Source: Gemmatimonas sp.
GTDB taxonomy: Bacteria > Gemmatimonadota > Gemmatimonadetes > Gemmatimonadales > Gemmatimonadaceae
Length of the DNA: 64,000 nucleotides
Direction of reading: 5' to 3'
Assembly (NCBI GenBank): GCA_965279375.1
Contig: OZ257156.1
Span: 192,001 to 256,000, forward strand
Shown here: in pieces, positions 18,345 through 28,779 of the stretch
Numbering within the stretch: the stretch's first letter is position 1
How the letters are laid out: the number at the start of each line of letters is the position of its first letter
Notes under the pieces: generated by a model
What the model was told of the DNA's origin: nothing
The model's database searches: none
What the model saw: only the letters and a program-made list of their open reading frames with translations
Translations under genes and position numbers: made by a program

Positions 18345-19160
18345 GTGACCTCCCGCTCACGACTCGCCCTCCTCATCGCGCTGGCGATCCCGATCTTCGC
18401 CCGCACGATCCCGGCGCAGCGTCCCGACGGACGACTGTCAGGGACGGTGCTGGACAAGGCCAGCGGTATACCGGTCACCGAGGCCGTCGTGGTGTTCCTC
18501 TCCGACGGACGCCTGTTCACCACAGATTCCACGGGCAGCTACCGCTTTGACAAACTGCCGAGCGGCGTTCTGCGCTTTCTCGTCCGCGCCCGCGGGTATC
18601 CGTCGGTCGGCCTGATCATCGCGCTCGCCAAGGGCGAGAGCATGACACGCCAGGTCGAGCTGGATTCCACTGCCGCCGGCGCCGCCGCGAGCGCAGCCGC
18701 CACGGCACAGGCCGCTTCGAGAGGTCGCGACTCCGCGCAGGCGCTCCCCATGGTCGCCGTCGCGGCAGAGGCCAGCCTCGGCCCGCGCTTCGCAAACTTC
18801 GAGCGCCGACGGAAAACCGGCGCCGGCCACTACATCGTGCGCGAAGACATCGAGAAGGGCGGCTACTCCTCGCTGCAGGACGTCGCCCGCACCGTACGTG
18901 GTGTGAACGTGGAGTGCGGCGGCGGGCTGGGCTGCTACATCCGCATGGCCCGCGCGCCCATGCGCTGTCTCCCCGAGTACGTCGTCGACGACAACGTGGA
19001 CAACACCTTCGGCCCGACGATGCCGGTGCGCGACATCGAAGCGCTGGAGATTTATACCGGGCCATCGGACGTACCGGGCGAATACGCCGGACGCAATGCA
19101 GGGTGCGGCGTGATCGTCATCTGGACACGTTCAGGCCCCACGCGCAAGCGGAAGCTCTAA
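18345..19160 (+). CDS. Exported carboxypeptidase-regulatory-like + TonB plug-like protein, no barrel
   Basis: 3' part of track ORF 15846-19160. Signal peptide, GTVLDKASGIPV, FERRRKTGAGHY and DIEALEIY...CGVIVIWT. Confidence 0.8.
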   Translation: MTSRSRLALLIALAIPIFARTIPAQRPDGRLSGTVLDKASGIPVTEAVVVFLSDGRLFTTDSTGSYRFDKLPSGVLRFLVRARGYPSVGLIIALAKGESMTRQVELDSTAAGAAASAAATAQAASRGRDSAQALPMVAVAAEASLGPRFANFERRRKTGAGHYIVREDIEKGGYSSLQDVARTVRGVNVECGGGLGCYIRMARAPMRCLPEYVVDDNVDNTFGPTMPVRDIEALEIYTGPSDVPGEYAGRNAGCGVIVIWTRSGPTRKRKL

Positions 19161-19188
19161 CCCAACGCTGCAGGCGCGCGCGGGCGAC

Positions 19189-22100
19189 CTAACGCGGCGC
19201 CGTGACGACTACCTCGCGCTGACCCGCTGTCAGTGCCACAGTCTGCTCTGCCCCGCCCGGCCAGCGCACCCACACCGAGAGCGCGTCGCTGCCGGTCGCG
19301 GTGGGCATCGCCAACACTGGCGAGACCGCATCCACCGACCAGTAGCCAGCGCCCTGATGCACTTCGCGGAGCGGACCGCGCGCGCTGCCGTGGACGATAC
19401 GCAACTGCGCGCCCACGCCCGACGGATTGCTCGCCGATCCCACCAGACGTACACGCACGCCGGGCGTTCCGCGCACGTTGCGCCAGAGCGTCATCGGCGC
19501 GCCGTTCTGCGACACGGCAAGATCCACTCGGCCGTCACCATCAAAGTCCGCAGCGGCCGCGCCTCGTGAATCGCCCCTGACCGCAATACCGCTCTGCTGC
19601 ACCGTCTGCGATACGAAGCCACCCGAGCCGTCGCCGAGCAGCAGCAGACCAGCACCTGCGTCAAAACGCATCGTGTTGATCTCTGTGGGGAAGAAGTTTT
19701 GCGCGAGGAAGAGATCCTCGCGCCCATCACCATCGAAGTCAGCGACCACTACACCAAACGCGGGCGCGAGCTGGGCAACGGTGGGTAGCGCGTGTGCCTC
19801 AAAGTGGCCGTTGCGATTGAGGAATATCGTATGCAGGAAGGTCGTCGCGCCTACGCGCATCGCACGCGACGCGTCCGCGCCAAGGAGCGCATCGACGTCG
19901 GCCTTGGAGAATGCGGCGTACGTGGCAAATCGCTCCTTGACCGAGGGCAGCGCCGCATTGATGCGCGAGAACGGATCGAGCGGCATTTCGCGGCGCGTGA
20001 GGGAGTCTGCGCGCGCCGGAATCAGCGCCAGTCGATCGCCTGCCACCGCGCCGACCACCAACTCGTACGGCCGGCTGACCGACGTCTGCCACGGCACGTT
20101 GCGCCCCCAGCTCGTGGCGACGATGTCTAACCGCCCGTCGCCATCGAAGTCGCCGACGTTCACGCCGTTCCATCGGCTCAGCACATCACCCAGCCCCCAT
20201 GCGCGCGTAACGTCACGCAGCGCGCCGTTCTCGTTGTGCAGCACGCGAATGGGGCCAAACTCTGTGGCGATGAGCAGTTCGGGACGCGTATCACCATCGA
20301 GATCGGCAAAGACCGCGGACGACACGAGCCCCAGCGCCGAGAGCGCCCGCGCGTTGCCGTCGTCCGCAACGAACGACCCGTCTGCCGCCCCGAGCAGCAA
20401 TCGCGAGCGCGCCGGCAAAGGCCACGCGCCGGGTATCGCACGCGCACCGACAAACAGATCGAGACGGCCATCGCCGTTCACGTCGGCCATCGCGAGCGCA
20501 CCAACGCTGGCCGAATCGCCCGCCGCGACCACTGTGGCCGCGCCCGTACGTGCGCCAGCGGAGAAGCCGAGGACCGACGGAAGCGCCAAGGCGTCGCTCG
20601 TCGACGCGGCCTCGTAATTCGATTGACCGACGAGCAGATGCGTGCCTGTGCGGCCGTTGGGTGCGCCGAGCACTGTGGTGAGGTCCACCGCCTGCAGTGC
20701 ACCGGGGGTCGCAAGCGGAATGAATTGCGATCCCGTGTTGCGCAGCACGTTGAGCTTGCCGCCGCGCCCACTGCCGAAGACCAGATCATCGCGACCGTCA
20801 CCGTCGATATCGATCCAACTCACGCCCGGCCCCAGCTGGCTCAGTCGTGTGGGGAGCAACGGCTGTCGTTTGAAGTCGGCGTAGAGCGAGTCCACATGCG
20901 TTGCGCCGCGCAGCAGCGACGTCGCGTCAGCAAAGAGCGGCGCAGATGCGCGAGTGGAATCCGCCGCCGCATCAGTGGCCGCCGCTTCATCGATCTCGTA
21001 CAGCCGATTGGCGCGCGCCGTCGTGATGACACTGACCTTGCCGCTCCGCCAGCGCACCGTAAGCGAGGTGGCTGCGCTCGAGTCGGCGGCGAACGTCAAC
21101 TGCGCGTCGCTTCCCGAGAGGTAGTAGCCGCCGGAGGTCATTTCACGCGACTGCATGGGAAGCGCACCACTCCGCACCGTGACCAGCGCACCAACGCCTT
21201 GGGTGTTGGCACCGACGCCGCGCAAACGCACCGAGATGCGCGGTGCGTTCGACGTGCTCCGATACACCACAGACGGCGCGTTCAGCCGTGTGACCACGAC
21301 ATCGAGCGCACCATCGCCATCGAGATCGGCGACAGCAAGCCCCTGCGAGACGGCGCTGTCCACGCCGAATCCCCAGCGCTGACTCACGTCGGCAAACGAC
21401 AGGTCACCGCCATTGCGCAGCGCGACGCTGGGCGTGCGCAGCATCGGGAACTCTGCCGACTCACGATTCCAGGGCACGCGGGGAAAGCTGTTGCGAATGC
21501 GATCGTACGGATCGGCCTCGCGCACGTCGTAGCGATGCCCGTTCACCGCGAGCAGATCTTCGTAGCCATCGAGATCCACGTCGAGAAATGCCGAACCCCA
21601 CGTCCAGTCGGTGGCACTGACACCGGCCAGATCCGCGATCTGCGCGTACGTGCCATCACCGCGCGAGAGCTGCAGCATGTTGCGCATCCACTGCGTGCGT
21701 TCGGGCGAGAGGCCGACAGGCTTTTGCAGCGGCGTGTGCGTAGGAACTTGGCGCTGCCGAGCCTCGAGCGTGGGCGCGAGCATGTCCGTGGTGAAGATGT
21801 CCACGTTGCCATCGCGATTGATGTCACCGAAATCCACCGACATGCTGGTGTTGCTGGTGGCACGCAGCGCCGTCTGCGGAGCAAGCTGGAAGTTCCCCTG
21901 TCCGTCGTTGATCCAGAACTGGTCGGGGTCTTCGAGATCGTTGCACACGTACAGATCCGGCGCGCCATCCTGATTCACATCGTAGAACCGTGCAGCGAGA
22001 CTGAAATAATCGGGATCCACGGCGAGTTGCACGCCGCGCTCGTCACGAAAGCGGGGCCCAAGCACAGGTGTGCGCGTGAAGTGCCCCTTGCCGTCATTCA

Positions 22101-22875
22101 GAAAGAAGAGATCGCGTTCGGCTCGCTGTGACCGCATGAAGCCACCGAGATCGGGCCGAGCCTCCACGCGATACTCGGCGCGCCATTCGGGCAACACAAC
22201 GACCGAGTCCCCGACCTTCTTGAGCACCTGATCGAAGGCGCGCGCCTGCGGCGGGAACGCATCGAGTGCGTTTCTCGTCTTGTAGGTCGCGACGTAGAGA
22301 TCGAGCGAGCCGTTGCCGTCGACGTCGGCAAGGGTCATGGTGGTCGCGTTCACGCCGCCACTCAGTCCGCTGCCGGCCGTTGCGTCGGTGAAGTGCCCCT
22401 TGCCGTCGTTGAGATAGAGCTTGAGCGGTCCACCAAACGTTCCGGCAATGAGATCCAGGTGCCGATCGCCATTCACGTCCGCGAGCACGACGCTCGTCGT
22501 CGAGACGCCTGTGAAGTCGAGACCACTCGCCTTCGTGACGTCTGAGAAATGCATCTCGCCATCGTTGCGATACAACGCCGCCGGCTTCTCCTCCGAAGCC
22601 AGCACCACGTCGGGTCGGCCATCGCCATCGACATCGCCGAGTGCAACGCCCGCACCATCGAGCAGGCCGCGATTGTCGAGGCCATGTTCGACGTCGATGT
22701 CATTCTGATGTGTCAGACCGGTGGCGGCGGCGTTGAGCATCGTGAAGCCGACATGGTCGCTGCGCGGGATGGCTAGCTGTCGCCAGCGATACCCGCTCTC
22801 CTGATGCCAACTGGTATCGACAGGCGGCGCACTGCATGCAACGAGGAGCACGCAGAGTACCGTTAGACGCCTCAT
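19189..22875 (-). CDS. FG-GAP/VCBS-repeat lipoprotein with two ASPIC/UnbV-like domains (CRTAC1-like)
   Basis: Lipobox LVAC; many DxDGDGxxD repeats; two V/I-x-V-R-L-x-G...N..G.GA UnbV-like segments; ATGA overlap with the haloperoxidase stop. Confidence 0.9.
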   Translation of the reverse strand: MRRLTVLCVLLVACSAPPVDTSWHQESGYRWRQLAIPRSDHVGFTMLNAAATGLTHQNDIDVEHGLDNRGLLDGAGVALGDVDGDGRPDVVLASEEKPAALYRNDGEMHFSDVTKASGLDFTGVSTTSVVLADVNGDRHLDLIAGTFGGPLKLYLNDGKGHFTDATAGSGLSGGVNATTMTLADVDGNGSLDLYVATYKTRNALDAFPPQARAFDQVLKKVGDSVVVLPEWRAEYRVEARPDLGGFMRSQRAERDLFFLNDGKGHFTRTPVLGPRFRDERGVQLAVDPDYFSLAARFYDVNQDGAPDLYVCNDLEDPDQFWINDGQGNFQLAPQTALRATSNTSMSVDFGDINRDGNVDIFTTDMLAPTLEARQRQVPTHTPLQKPVGLSPERTQWMRNMLQLSRGDGTYAQIADLAGVSATDWTWGSAFLDVDLDGYEDLLAVNGHRYDVREADPYDRIRNSFPRVPWNRESAEFPMLRTPSVALRNGGDLSFADVSQRWGFGVDSAVSQGLAVADLDGDGALDVVVTRLNAPSVVYRSTSNAPRISVRLRGVGANTQGVGALVTVRSGALPMQSREMTSGGYYLSGSDAQLTFAADSSAATSLTVRWRSGKVSVITTARANRLYEIDEAAATDAAADSTRASAPLFADATSLLRGATHVDSLYADFKRQPLLPTRLSQLGPGVSWIDIDGDGRDDLVFGSGRGGKLNVLRNTGSQFIPLATPGALQAVDLTTVLGAPNGRTGTHLLVGQSNYEAASTSDALALPSVLGFSAGARTGAATVVAAGDSASVGALAMADVNGDGRLDLFVGARAIPGAWPLPARSRLLLGAADGSFVADDGNARALSALGLVSSAVFADLDGDTRPELLIATEFGPIRVLHNENGALRDVTRAWGLGDVLSRWNGVNVGDFDGDGRLDIVATSWGRNVPWQTSVSRPYELVVGAVAGDRLALIPARADSLTRREMPLDPFSRINAALPSVKERFATYAAFSKADVDALLGADASRAMRVGATTFLHTIFLNRNGHFEAHALPTVAQLAPAFGVVVADFDGDGREDLFLAQNFFPTEINTMRFDAGAGLLLLGDGSGGFVSQTVQQSGIAVRGDSRGAAAADFDGDGRVDLAVSQNGAPMTLWRNVRGTPGVRVRLVGSASNPSGVGAQLRIVHGSARGPLREVHQGAGYWSVDAVSPVLAMPTATGSDALSVWVRWPGGAEQTVALTAGQREVVVTAPR

Positions 22876-24362
22876 GCGCCGCGCCGGGTCTTGAGTGTGC
22901 GCATCACCTTGCGACCGATGCACTGCCCCTGCGTGAGACCATCGACCACTGCCGGGAAGTAGTGCACCCCCGCGTAGACGCGAGAGATCGCGACTTCGTC
23001 GCGCGCGGCGGTGAACGATTTGAAATTTCGCGGCGGTTGGCCGATATCCACCTGCGTGGAGTCGATGTACGCGATCGTGTCGCCGAGCAGCGCGGTGAGC
23101 GCCTCCACGGCCGCCGCCGATTGCACCGAGTGCCCTGAGGGATACTCGGGGAACGGTGGTGTAGGGATCACCGTCTGGAACTTCGGGTCGAAGACGCGCT
23201 GCGCATACGCAACCGGACGCACAACATTCGAGCGATACTTCTCGCGCCAGCATCCGATGAACGCATCGGCGATAGCGATCGACGTCATCGCATACAGCTC
23301 GACCGCCGCGTCGGCACTCAGGTTGCGGCGTGCGACCATCAAGTTCACGACGCTGATCCAGTGAAAGCCCGGCGTGCCGGTAGCGACGGGATTGTCAGCC
23401 CAGAACAGCGCGATCTGCCGCTGCTCGGGCGACATTGCGAGCACCGTGTCATAGAACTGCTTGCCCATCTTCCAGAAGGGCGAGTCGACCTGCTCGGAGT
23501 ACACGGGCGGTGGCGGTGGCGCGCACTCGTCGCCCGTGGCCAGCACAAACGGACGCAGATTGCCCCAGTACGGCTCGGTCGGTTTTGTGGGGTTGAACGC
23601 CGGCAACGTCGTTGGACCTTCGGCCTTGGGGCGATTGGTGAACGTGCCCTTGCTCGTGGCGTTCTCGACGTCTTCGTGAATGTTGGGATTCGCAAACTGA
23701 ACGAGATCGCTTTGCCCCGAGAGCGTTTGCGGCACGAACTGCGCGATGTTGGCCGTGTTGCTCCACTCTTCGCGCTTGCCGGATGGTGCCCACGGACGAC
23801 CGCGCGTCGCAAAGAAGCTGTCGGCGGCGGCCCATGCGAGAATGGCTCCCCCAATGGCACGACCGTGTGCCAGCGAGCGCGACTTCTCCTCGGCATTCAC
23901 GCCGGCGGCCACGCGCGCGTCGACCTGCGCGGCGGCGAGCGAGTCTACCGTGCGACGCGTGCCGACCATTCCGTCGCGAAAGAGCGAATCGAGCACGACG
24001 CGCTCCGCTTCAGCCGCGACGATGGCACCGTCGAGCGGATCGCTGCCTGCGGGCGCGGGGAGCGAGGAGAGGCCGTTGAGCTGACCACTGAGCGAGCGGA
24101 GCGATCCACGCGAATCGGCGGCATACCCTTCGTAGAGCGCGACGGCGCTGTAGGCAGAGATCCGTGCAGCGATCGGGGGCCCGAGTCGCTCGCTGCGCAC
24201 GAATGCCAGCGACGTGCGCAACCACTGCGACACGAGCTGCGGATCTGTAGGCGCCGGGGACTTATCGCAGGCGGCACTCCCGGCAACGAGCGCACTCACT
24301 AGGACAGAGGCGCAAAGGCCAAGGCGCCTGCTCGTGCGCGCGTGAATCAGTCGGTGGCGCAT
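22872..24362 (-). CDS. Vanadium-dependent haloperoxidase (PAP2 superfamily) lipoprotein
   Basis: WREKYRSNVVRP, PPFPEYPSGHS and SRVYAGVHY; lipobox-like SAAC. Confidence 0.9.
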   Translation of the reverse strand: MRHRLIHARTSRRLGLCASVLVSALVAGSAACDKSPAPTDPQLVSQWLRTSLAFVRSERLGPPIAARISAYSAVALYEGYAADSRGSLRSLSGQLNGLSSLPAPAGSDPLDGAIVAAEAERVVLDSLFRDGMVGTRRTVDSLAAAQVDARVAAGVNAEEKSRSLAHGRAIGGAILAWAAADSFFATRGRPWAPSGKREEWSNTANIAQFVPQTLSGQSDLVQFANPNIHEDVENATSKGTFTNRPKAEGPTTLPAFNPTKPTEPYWGNLRPFVLATGDECAPPPPPVYSEQVDSPFWKMGKQFYDTVLAMSPEQRQIALFWADNPVATGTPGFHWISVVNLMVARRNLSADAAVELYAMTSIAIADAFIGCWREKYRSNVVRPVAYAQRVFDPKFQTVIPTPPFPEYPSGHSVQSAAAVEALTALLGDTIAYIDSTQVDIGQPPRNFKSFTAARDEVAISRVYAGVHYFPAVVDGLTQGQCIGRKVMRTLKTRRGA

Positions 24363-24553
24363 TCGTGGTTCCATCGGGTGACTCGAGCGTGCGGGCGAGA
24401 GTGAGGCAGTGAGAACTCGCGTTGAGAGAGCGCGACTCGCGTAGGTTACGGCCCATTCCTCGGCCACGGTAGAGCGACAATGGTGCCGAGCGGTGCGCTC
24501 GCGGTGACGAACGGTGGATCGCTTGGCACGAGCACACGGCGTACCTTAGCAGC

Positions 24554-25327
24554 ATGCCGTCCCACTGCCTCCCCACGCTGCAGCCTTCCACGCACGGCGC
24601 AACAGTATCTCCGACATCGAGGTGCGTGTTCTCAGTGCTCGCCGCGCTGTTGGCGCTGCTGACTGTGTCGTGCGATAGTCGCGCGCCCAATACATCGGTC
24701 CGCAGTGCAGCGGCAGAGGTGTCGAGTGTGGACGTACGTCGCCTCTCGCCGGCACGAAAGGCGGCCATGCCGGACATCATCGTGCAGGCCGCGGATCGTT
24801 CTCGACAGATCGGGGACGAACGCGCACGTGTTCAACTGTACGTGATCAGTGACTACCAGTGCGCAGAGTGCCGTGCGTGGTACTCCGCCGTGTTGCCCGA
24901 GCTTCGTCGGTCGTACGTGGACTCGGGTATCGTCCGCCTGACCTGGGTGCACTACCCGTTGCGCGCGCACCCCAACGCCGTGCGCGCGGCCAGCGCCGCA
25001 CTCTGCGCGGGCTCGCAGGGGAACGACATGTTCTGGGCGGCGAGTGAGCGACTGTTCGCGGAGCAGCCGCGGTGGAGTGACGTAGCCGATCCCGCGCCGG
25101 TGTTGGACTCGCTGGTGACGAGTGTCGGCGTCGAGCCCTTCGCCTTGCGGAGCTGCACGTCGAGCGGGCGCCTGCTGCGGCAGATTCGGGCGGATATCGA
25201 CTGGACGGACAAGGCTGACGCTGGCGCGCCACTGCTGGTCCTCGTGGGCACTCGGCGGGTCGCTGGCGGCGCATCGATGTCGGTGCTGCGGCCCGTGCTC
25301 GACTCCGCCATCGCTGCGGCCCGGTAG
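24554..25327 (+). CDS. DsbA/thioredoxin-fold exported protein
   Basis: ISDYQCAEC and HYPLRAHPNA; TACCTT 6 nt before the ATG. Confidence 0.8.
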   Translation: MPSHCLPTLQPSTHGATVSPTSRCVFSVLAALLALLTVSCDSRAPNTSVRSAAAEVSSVDVRRLSPARKAAMPDIIVQAADRSRQIGDERARVQLYVISDYQCAECRAWYSAVLPELRRSYVDSGIVRLTWVHYPLRAHPNAVRAASAALCAGSQGNDMFWAASERLFAEQPRWSDVADPAPVLDSLVTSVGVEPFALRSCTSSGRLLRQIRADIDWTDKADAGAPLLVLVGTRRVAGGASMSVLRPVLDSAIAAAR

Positions 25328-25357
25328 TCGAGCGCGCTCGCGCGCGCGATCCGACTG

Positions 25358-25386
25358 TTGACCCCCGGCGCGGGGGGACGCACTGT
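25358..25386 (+). promoter_or_regulatory. Sigma70-like promoter of the VPS10-DLH-nitrilase run
   Basis: TTGACC-17nt-CACTGT. Confidence 0.4.
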
Positions 25387-25493
25387 AGCGGGGCTGAGAG
25401 CTTGCTTCATCGTCCCCGGGAGGGACGCACCGGACCGATGGTGCGTTTGTCCTCCTCGCGACATTCCGCCCCGTCAACCGCCCGAGACCGCGT

Positions 25494-28400
25494 ATGCTGC
25501 CGTATCGACCGTTGCTGTTGCTCGCGCTTCCCGCCGTCGTGGGGGGCACGCTCGGCGTGATCCACCGCGCGGACGTGGATGATCGCCTTCCGTCGCGCGC
25601 CGCAGCGCCCGCCGTGCTCGACTCGACGCTGCGTGCGTCGTATCGCTGGCGCAACATCGGCCCCGATCGTGGTGGCCGATCGATTGCGTCGAGTGGTGTG
25701 AAGGGGCGCCCGAAAGAGGCGTACTTCGGCGCCGTCGGCGGCGGCCTGTGGAAGACGTCGGACGGTGGCGAGACCTGGGCGCCGGTGACAGACGGACAGA
25801 TCAACAGCGCCTCGGTGGGCGCCGTCGCCGTGAGTGAGAGCAATCCGGACGTTATCTACATCGGTACCGGCGAAACGTGCATTCGCGGCAACATCATGCC
25901 GGGCGATGGCATCTACAAGAGCAGCGACGCCGGCAAGACGTGGACGCATGTCGGATTTGCGGGCGTCGATGCGATCAGCAAGATCCGCGTGCATCCGACG
26001 AACCCGGACGTGGTGTTCGCGGCGGTGTTTGGCCAATACAGCGTGCCGAGCGCGCAACGCGGCGTCTTCAAGAGCGTCGACGGCGGCAAGAACTGGCGCA
26101 AGGTGTTGTTCCGCGATGACAAGACCGGCGCGATCGACATCAGCATGGATCGCAACAATCCGAACGTGCTCTACGCGGCGATGTGGGAGGCATACCGCAA
26201 GGAGTACCAGATGTCGAGCGGCGGCACCGGCAGCGGCCTGTTCAAGAGCACCGACGGCGGCGAGACGTGGACCGAGATCACGCGCAACGCCGGTATGCCC
26301 ACCGGGCTCGTTGGGCGCATTGGCGTGGCCGTGAGCTCCGCGAATTCCAATCGCGTGTATGCCATCGTCGAAAATGACGAAGGCGGTCTGTTCAAGAGCG
26401 ATGACGCGGGCGCGACGTGGAGCGTTGTGAACGAGGACCGCAGCATCCGTCAGCGCGCGTTCTACTACACGCACGTCTTTGCCGATCACAAGAATGCGGA
26501 TGTCGTGTATCTGCAGAACACGTCGATGTTCCGTTCCACGGATGGCGGCAAGACGCTGCAGAACGCTGGCAACGGTACGCATGGCGACCATCATGATCTG
26601 TGGATCGACATGGACGATCCAACGCATCTGGTCAACGCCAACGACGGCGGCGGCGCCGTGTCGTTCAACACCGGGCGGGCGTGGAGCGAGCAGGACTTCC
26701 CCACGGAGCAGTTCTACCATGTGATCACGACGGCGCACGTGCCGTTTCATCTGTGCGGCTCGCAGCAGGACAACAGCACGCTGTGCACGCCGATGAATTG
26801 GAACGCGAACGCCGGCTTTGGTCGTGGCGGCGGTGCCGGTGCGGGCGCGCTCAACGCGGGCGCCGTTGCGCAGCCCGCGTCGGGCGGTATGGCCGTTTCG
26901 TATCAGGTGGGTGGCGGAGAGCCGGGTTACATCGGTGCCGACCCGAACGATCCGGACCTGTTCTACGCCGGCACGAACAACGGCGGCTATCTCGACAAGT
27001 TCAACCGTCGTACCGGCCTTGGCCGCGAAGTGAATCCGTATCCGTGGTTCTACTCGGGCGAGCCGTCGAAGGACATCAAGGAGCGGTGGCAGTGGACGTA
27101 TCCGATCGTCTTCTCGCCGCTCGACAAGAAGACGTTGTACGTATCGTCGCAGCGGTTGTGGGCCACGAAGGATGGCGGCAAGACGTGGGCGAATCTGAGC
27201 GGCGACCTCACGCGCCATGCGCCGGAAACGCAGGAGAAGTCGGGCGGTCCGATCACGGGCGACATGAACGGCCCCGAAGTGTACGGCGTGATTTTCTCCA
27301 TCGGACCGAGCAAGAAGAACATCAACACCATCTGGACCGGCTCGGATGATGGGCTCGTGCACGTCACGCGCGACAACGGCAAGACGTGGGCGAACGTGAC
27401 ACCCAAGGAGATGCCGGACTTCGGTCGCGTGAGCCAGATCGATGCGTCGGCGTTCAACGATGGCGCCGCGTACATCAGCGTGCGCAAGCCGCTGCTCAAC
27501 GATCGTGCGCCGTACATCTTCAAGACCACCGACTACGGCAAGACGTGGACGAAGATCGTCAACGGCATCGGTGCGGAAGCGTATGTGCACGCGGTGCGCG
27601 AAGATCCGTATCGCAAGGGTCTGCTGTATGCGGCCACCCAGCAGGGCGTCTACATCTCGTACGACGACGGCGCGAACTGGGAGAGCCTGATGCTCAACAT
27701 GCCGAACGTGCCGATTGCCGACCTGATCGTCGAGCAGAACGAGCTCGCCATCGCGTCGCACGGCCGCGGCTTCTGGGTCCTCGACAACATTTCTCCGTTG
27801 CGTCAAGCGTCGCCGGCGGTGAGTGCGGCGGACATTCATCTGTTCACGCCGGCGGCCGCGATTCGCGGCAACGGTGCAGCACCGATCAGCTACATCCTCA
27901 AGACTGTTCCCAAGCGGTTGTCGTTGCAGATCGTGGATTCGGTGGGTGGCGTGATGCGCAGCTTCGAGCCTGACACGAGCAGTGCACCGGCCGCGGCGCC
28001 GCAGGGTGGCCGGCGTGGTGGTGGGCCGAGCACGATCCCCAAGAACGTCGGGCTCAATCGCCTCAACTGGGACATGCGCATTGGCAGCATCGAGAGCTTC
28101 CCGGGAATGATCCTGTGGGGCGCGGGCACCAACGGTCCCGCCGTTCCGCCGGGGAAGTACACGGTTAAACTCATCGCCGACGGAAAGACGCTGACGGCGC
28201 CGCTGGTGGTCAAGCGCAATCCGCGCATTCCCGACGTGACCGATGCCGAGCTGCGCGCGCAGTACCTGTTCGGCAAGCGGGTGCGCGACAAGGCGACGGA
28301 AGCGAACCAGGCCGTGATCGCGATTCGCCGCGTGAAGCTGCAGCTCGAAGACCGCCTCAAGAAGGCGGCCGACGACGCGGCGCTCAAGTCGGCCGGTTCG

Positions 28401-28727
28401 ACGCTCAAGACCAACTCGTCGGCCGTGGAAGAGAACGTGTACCAGGTGCGCAATCAGAGCGGCCAGGACCCGCTCAACTTCCCGATCAAGGTGAACAACC
28501 GCATCGCCAACCTGCTGTCGATGTCGGAGCGTGGCGATGGCGCGCCGACGACGAACATGCCGGAGATCTTCGGCATCCTGACCAAGGAATTGAAAGTCTA
28601 CACGGACCGTCTGGATGTGGTGTGGAAGACCGATCTCGTGGCCGTGAACAAGGAACTGGCCCGTCTCAAGCTTCCGCTCATCGACCCCACGTGCGCCAAG
28701 GCTGAAGGCTGCACGGCCACGCCGTGA
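25494..28727 (+). CDS. VPS10/BNR (Asp-box) beta-propeller protein, commonly annotated glycosyl hydrolase
   Basis: WRNIGPDRGGR, many S/T-x-D-G/A-G-x-T-W Asp boxes, HGDHH, THGR-like SHGRG and a C-terminal coiled coil. Confidence 0.9.
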   Translation: MLPYRPLLLLALPAVVGGTLGVIHRADVDDRLPSRAAAPAVLDSTLRASYRWRNIGPDRGGRSIASSGVKGRPKEAYFGAVGGGLWKTSDGGETWAPVTDGQINSASVGAVAVSESNPDVIYIGTGETCIRGNIMPGDGIYKSSDAGKTWTHVGFAGVDAISKIRVHPTNPDVVFAAVFGQYSVPSAQRGVFKSVDGGKNWRKVLFRDDKTGAIDISMDRNNPNVLYAAMWEAYRKEYQMSSGGTGSGLFKSTDGGETWTEITRNAGMPTGLVGRIGVAVSSANSNRVYAIVENDEGGLFKSDDAGATWSVVNEDRSIRQRAFYYTHVFADHKNADVVYLQNTSMFRSTDGGKTLQNAGNGTHGDHHDLWIDMDDPTHLVNANDGGGAVSFNTGRAWSEQDFPTEQFYHVITTAHVPFHLCGSQQDNSTLCTPMNWNANAGFGRGGGAGAGALNAGAVAQPASGGMAVSYQVGGGEPGYIGADPNDPDLFYAGTNNGGYLDKFNRRTGLGREVNPYPWFYSGEPSKDIKERWQWTYPIVFSPLDKKTLYVSSQRLWATKDGGKTWANLSGDLTRHAPETQEKSGGPITGDMNGPEVYGVIFSIGPSKKNINTIWTGSDDGLVHVTRDNGKTWANVTPKEMPDFGRVSQIDASAFNDGAAYISVRKPLLNDRAPYIFKTTDYGKTWTKIVNGIGAEAYVHAVREDPYRKGLLYAATQQGVYISYDDGANWESLMLNMPNVPIADLIVEQNELAIASHGRGFWVLDNISPLRQASPAVSAADIHLFTPAAAIRGNGAAPISYILKTVPKRLSLQIVDSVGGVMRSFEPDTSSAPAAAPQGGRRGGGPSTIPKNVGLNRLNWDMRIGSIESFPGMILWGAGTNGPAVPPGKYTVKLIADGKTLTAPLVVKRNPRIPDVTDAELRAQYLFGKRVRDKATEANQAVIAIRRVKLQLEDRLKKAADDAALKSAGSTLKTNSSAVEENVYQVRNQSGQDPLNFPIKVNNRIANLLSMSERGDGAPTTNMPEIFGILTKELKVYTDRLDVVWKTDLVAVNKELARLKLPLIDPTCAKAEGCTATP

Positions 28728-28779
28728 TGCATTCCGCACAATGCGAAACGCCGCACATTCCCTCCTGAGGAGCATTCCG

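Noticed and set aside
22876..23253. Long N-terminal extensions in the ORF track (also 39380-39736, 52383-52730, 52157-52417 and 5832-6029)
   Set aside because: They overlap neighbouring genes or promoters; signal peptides and SD or -10 positions indicate later starts.
25388..25475. Possible TPP riboswitch (GGGGCTGAGA)
   Set aside because: The downstream CCTGA...AATGC...GCGNAGG core is missing and the gene is not thiamine related.
25494..28727. Specific glycosidase (xyloglucanase or sialidase) call for the two VPS10/BNR proteins
   Set aside because: Asp boxes show only the propeller fold; I cannot identify catalytic residues or substrate.
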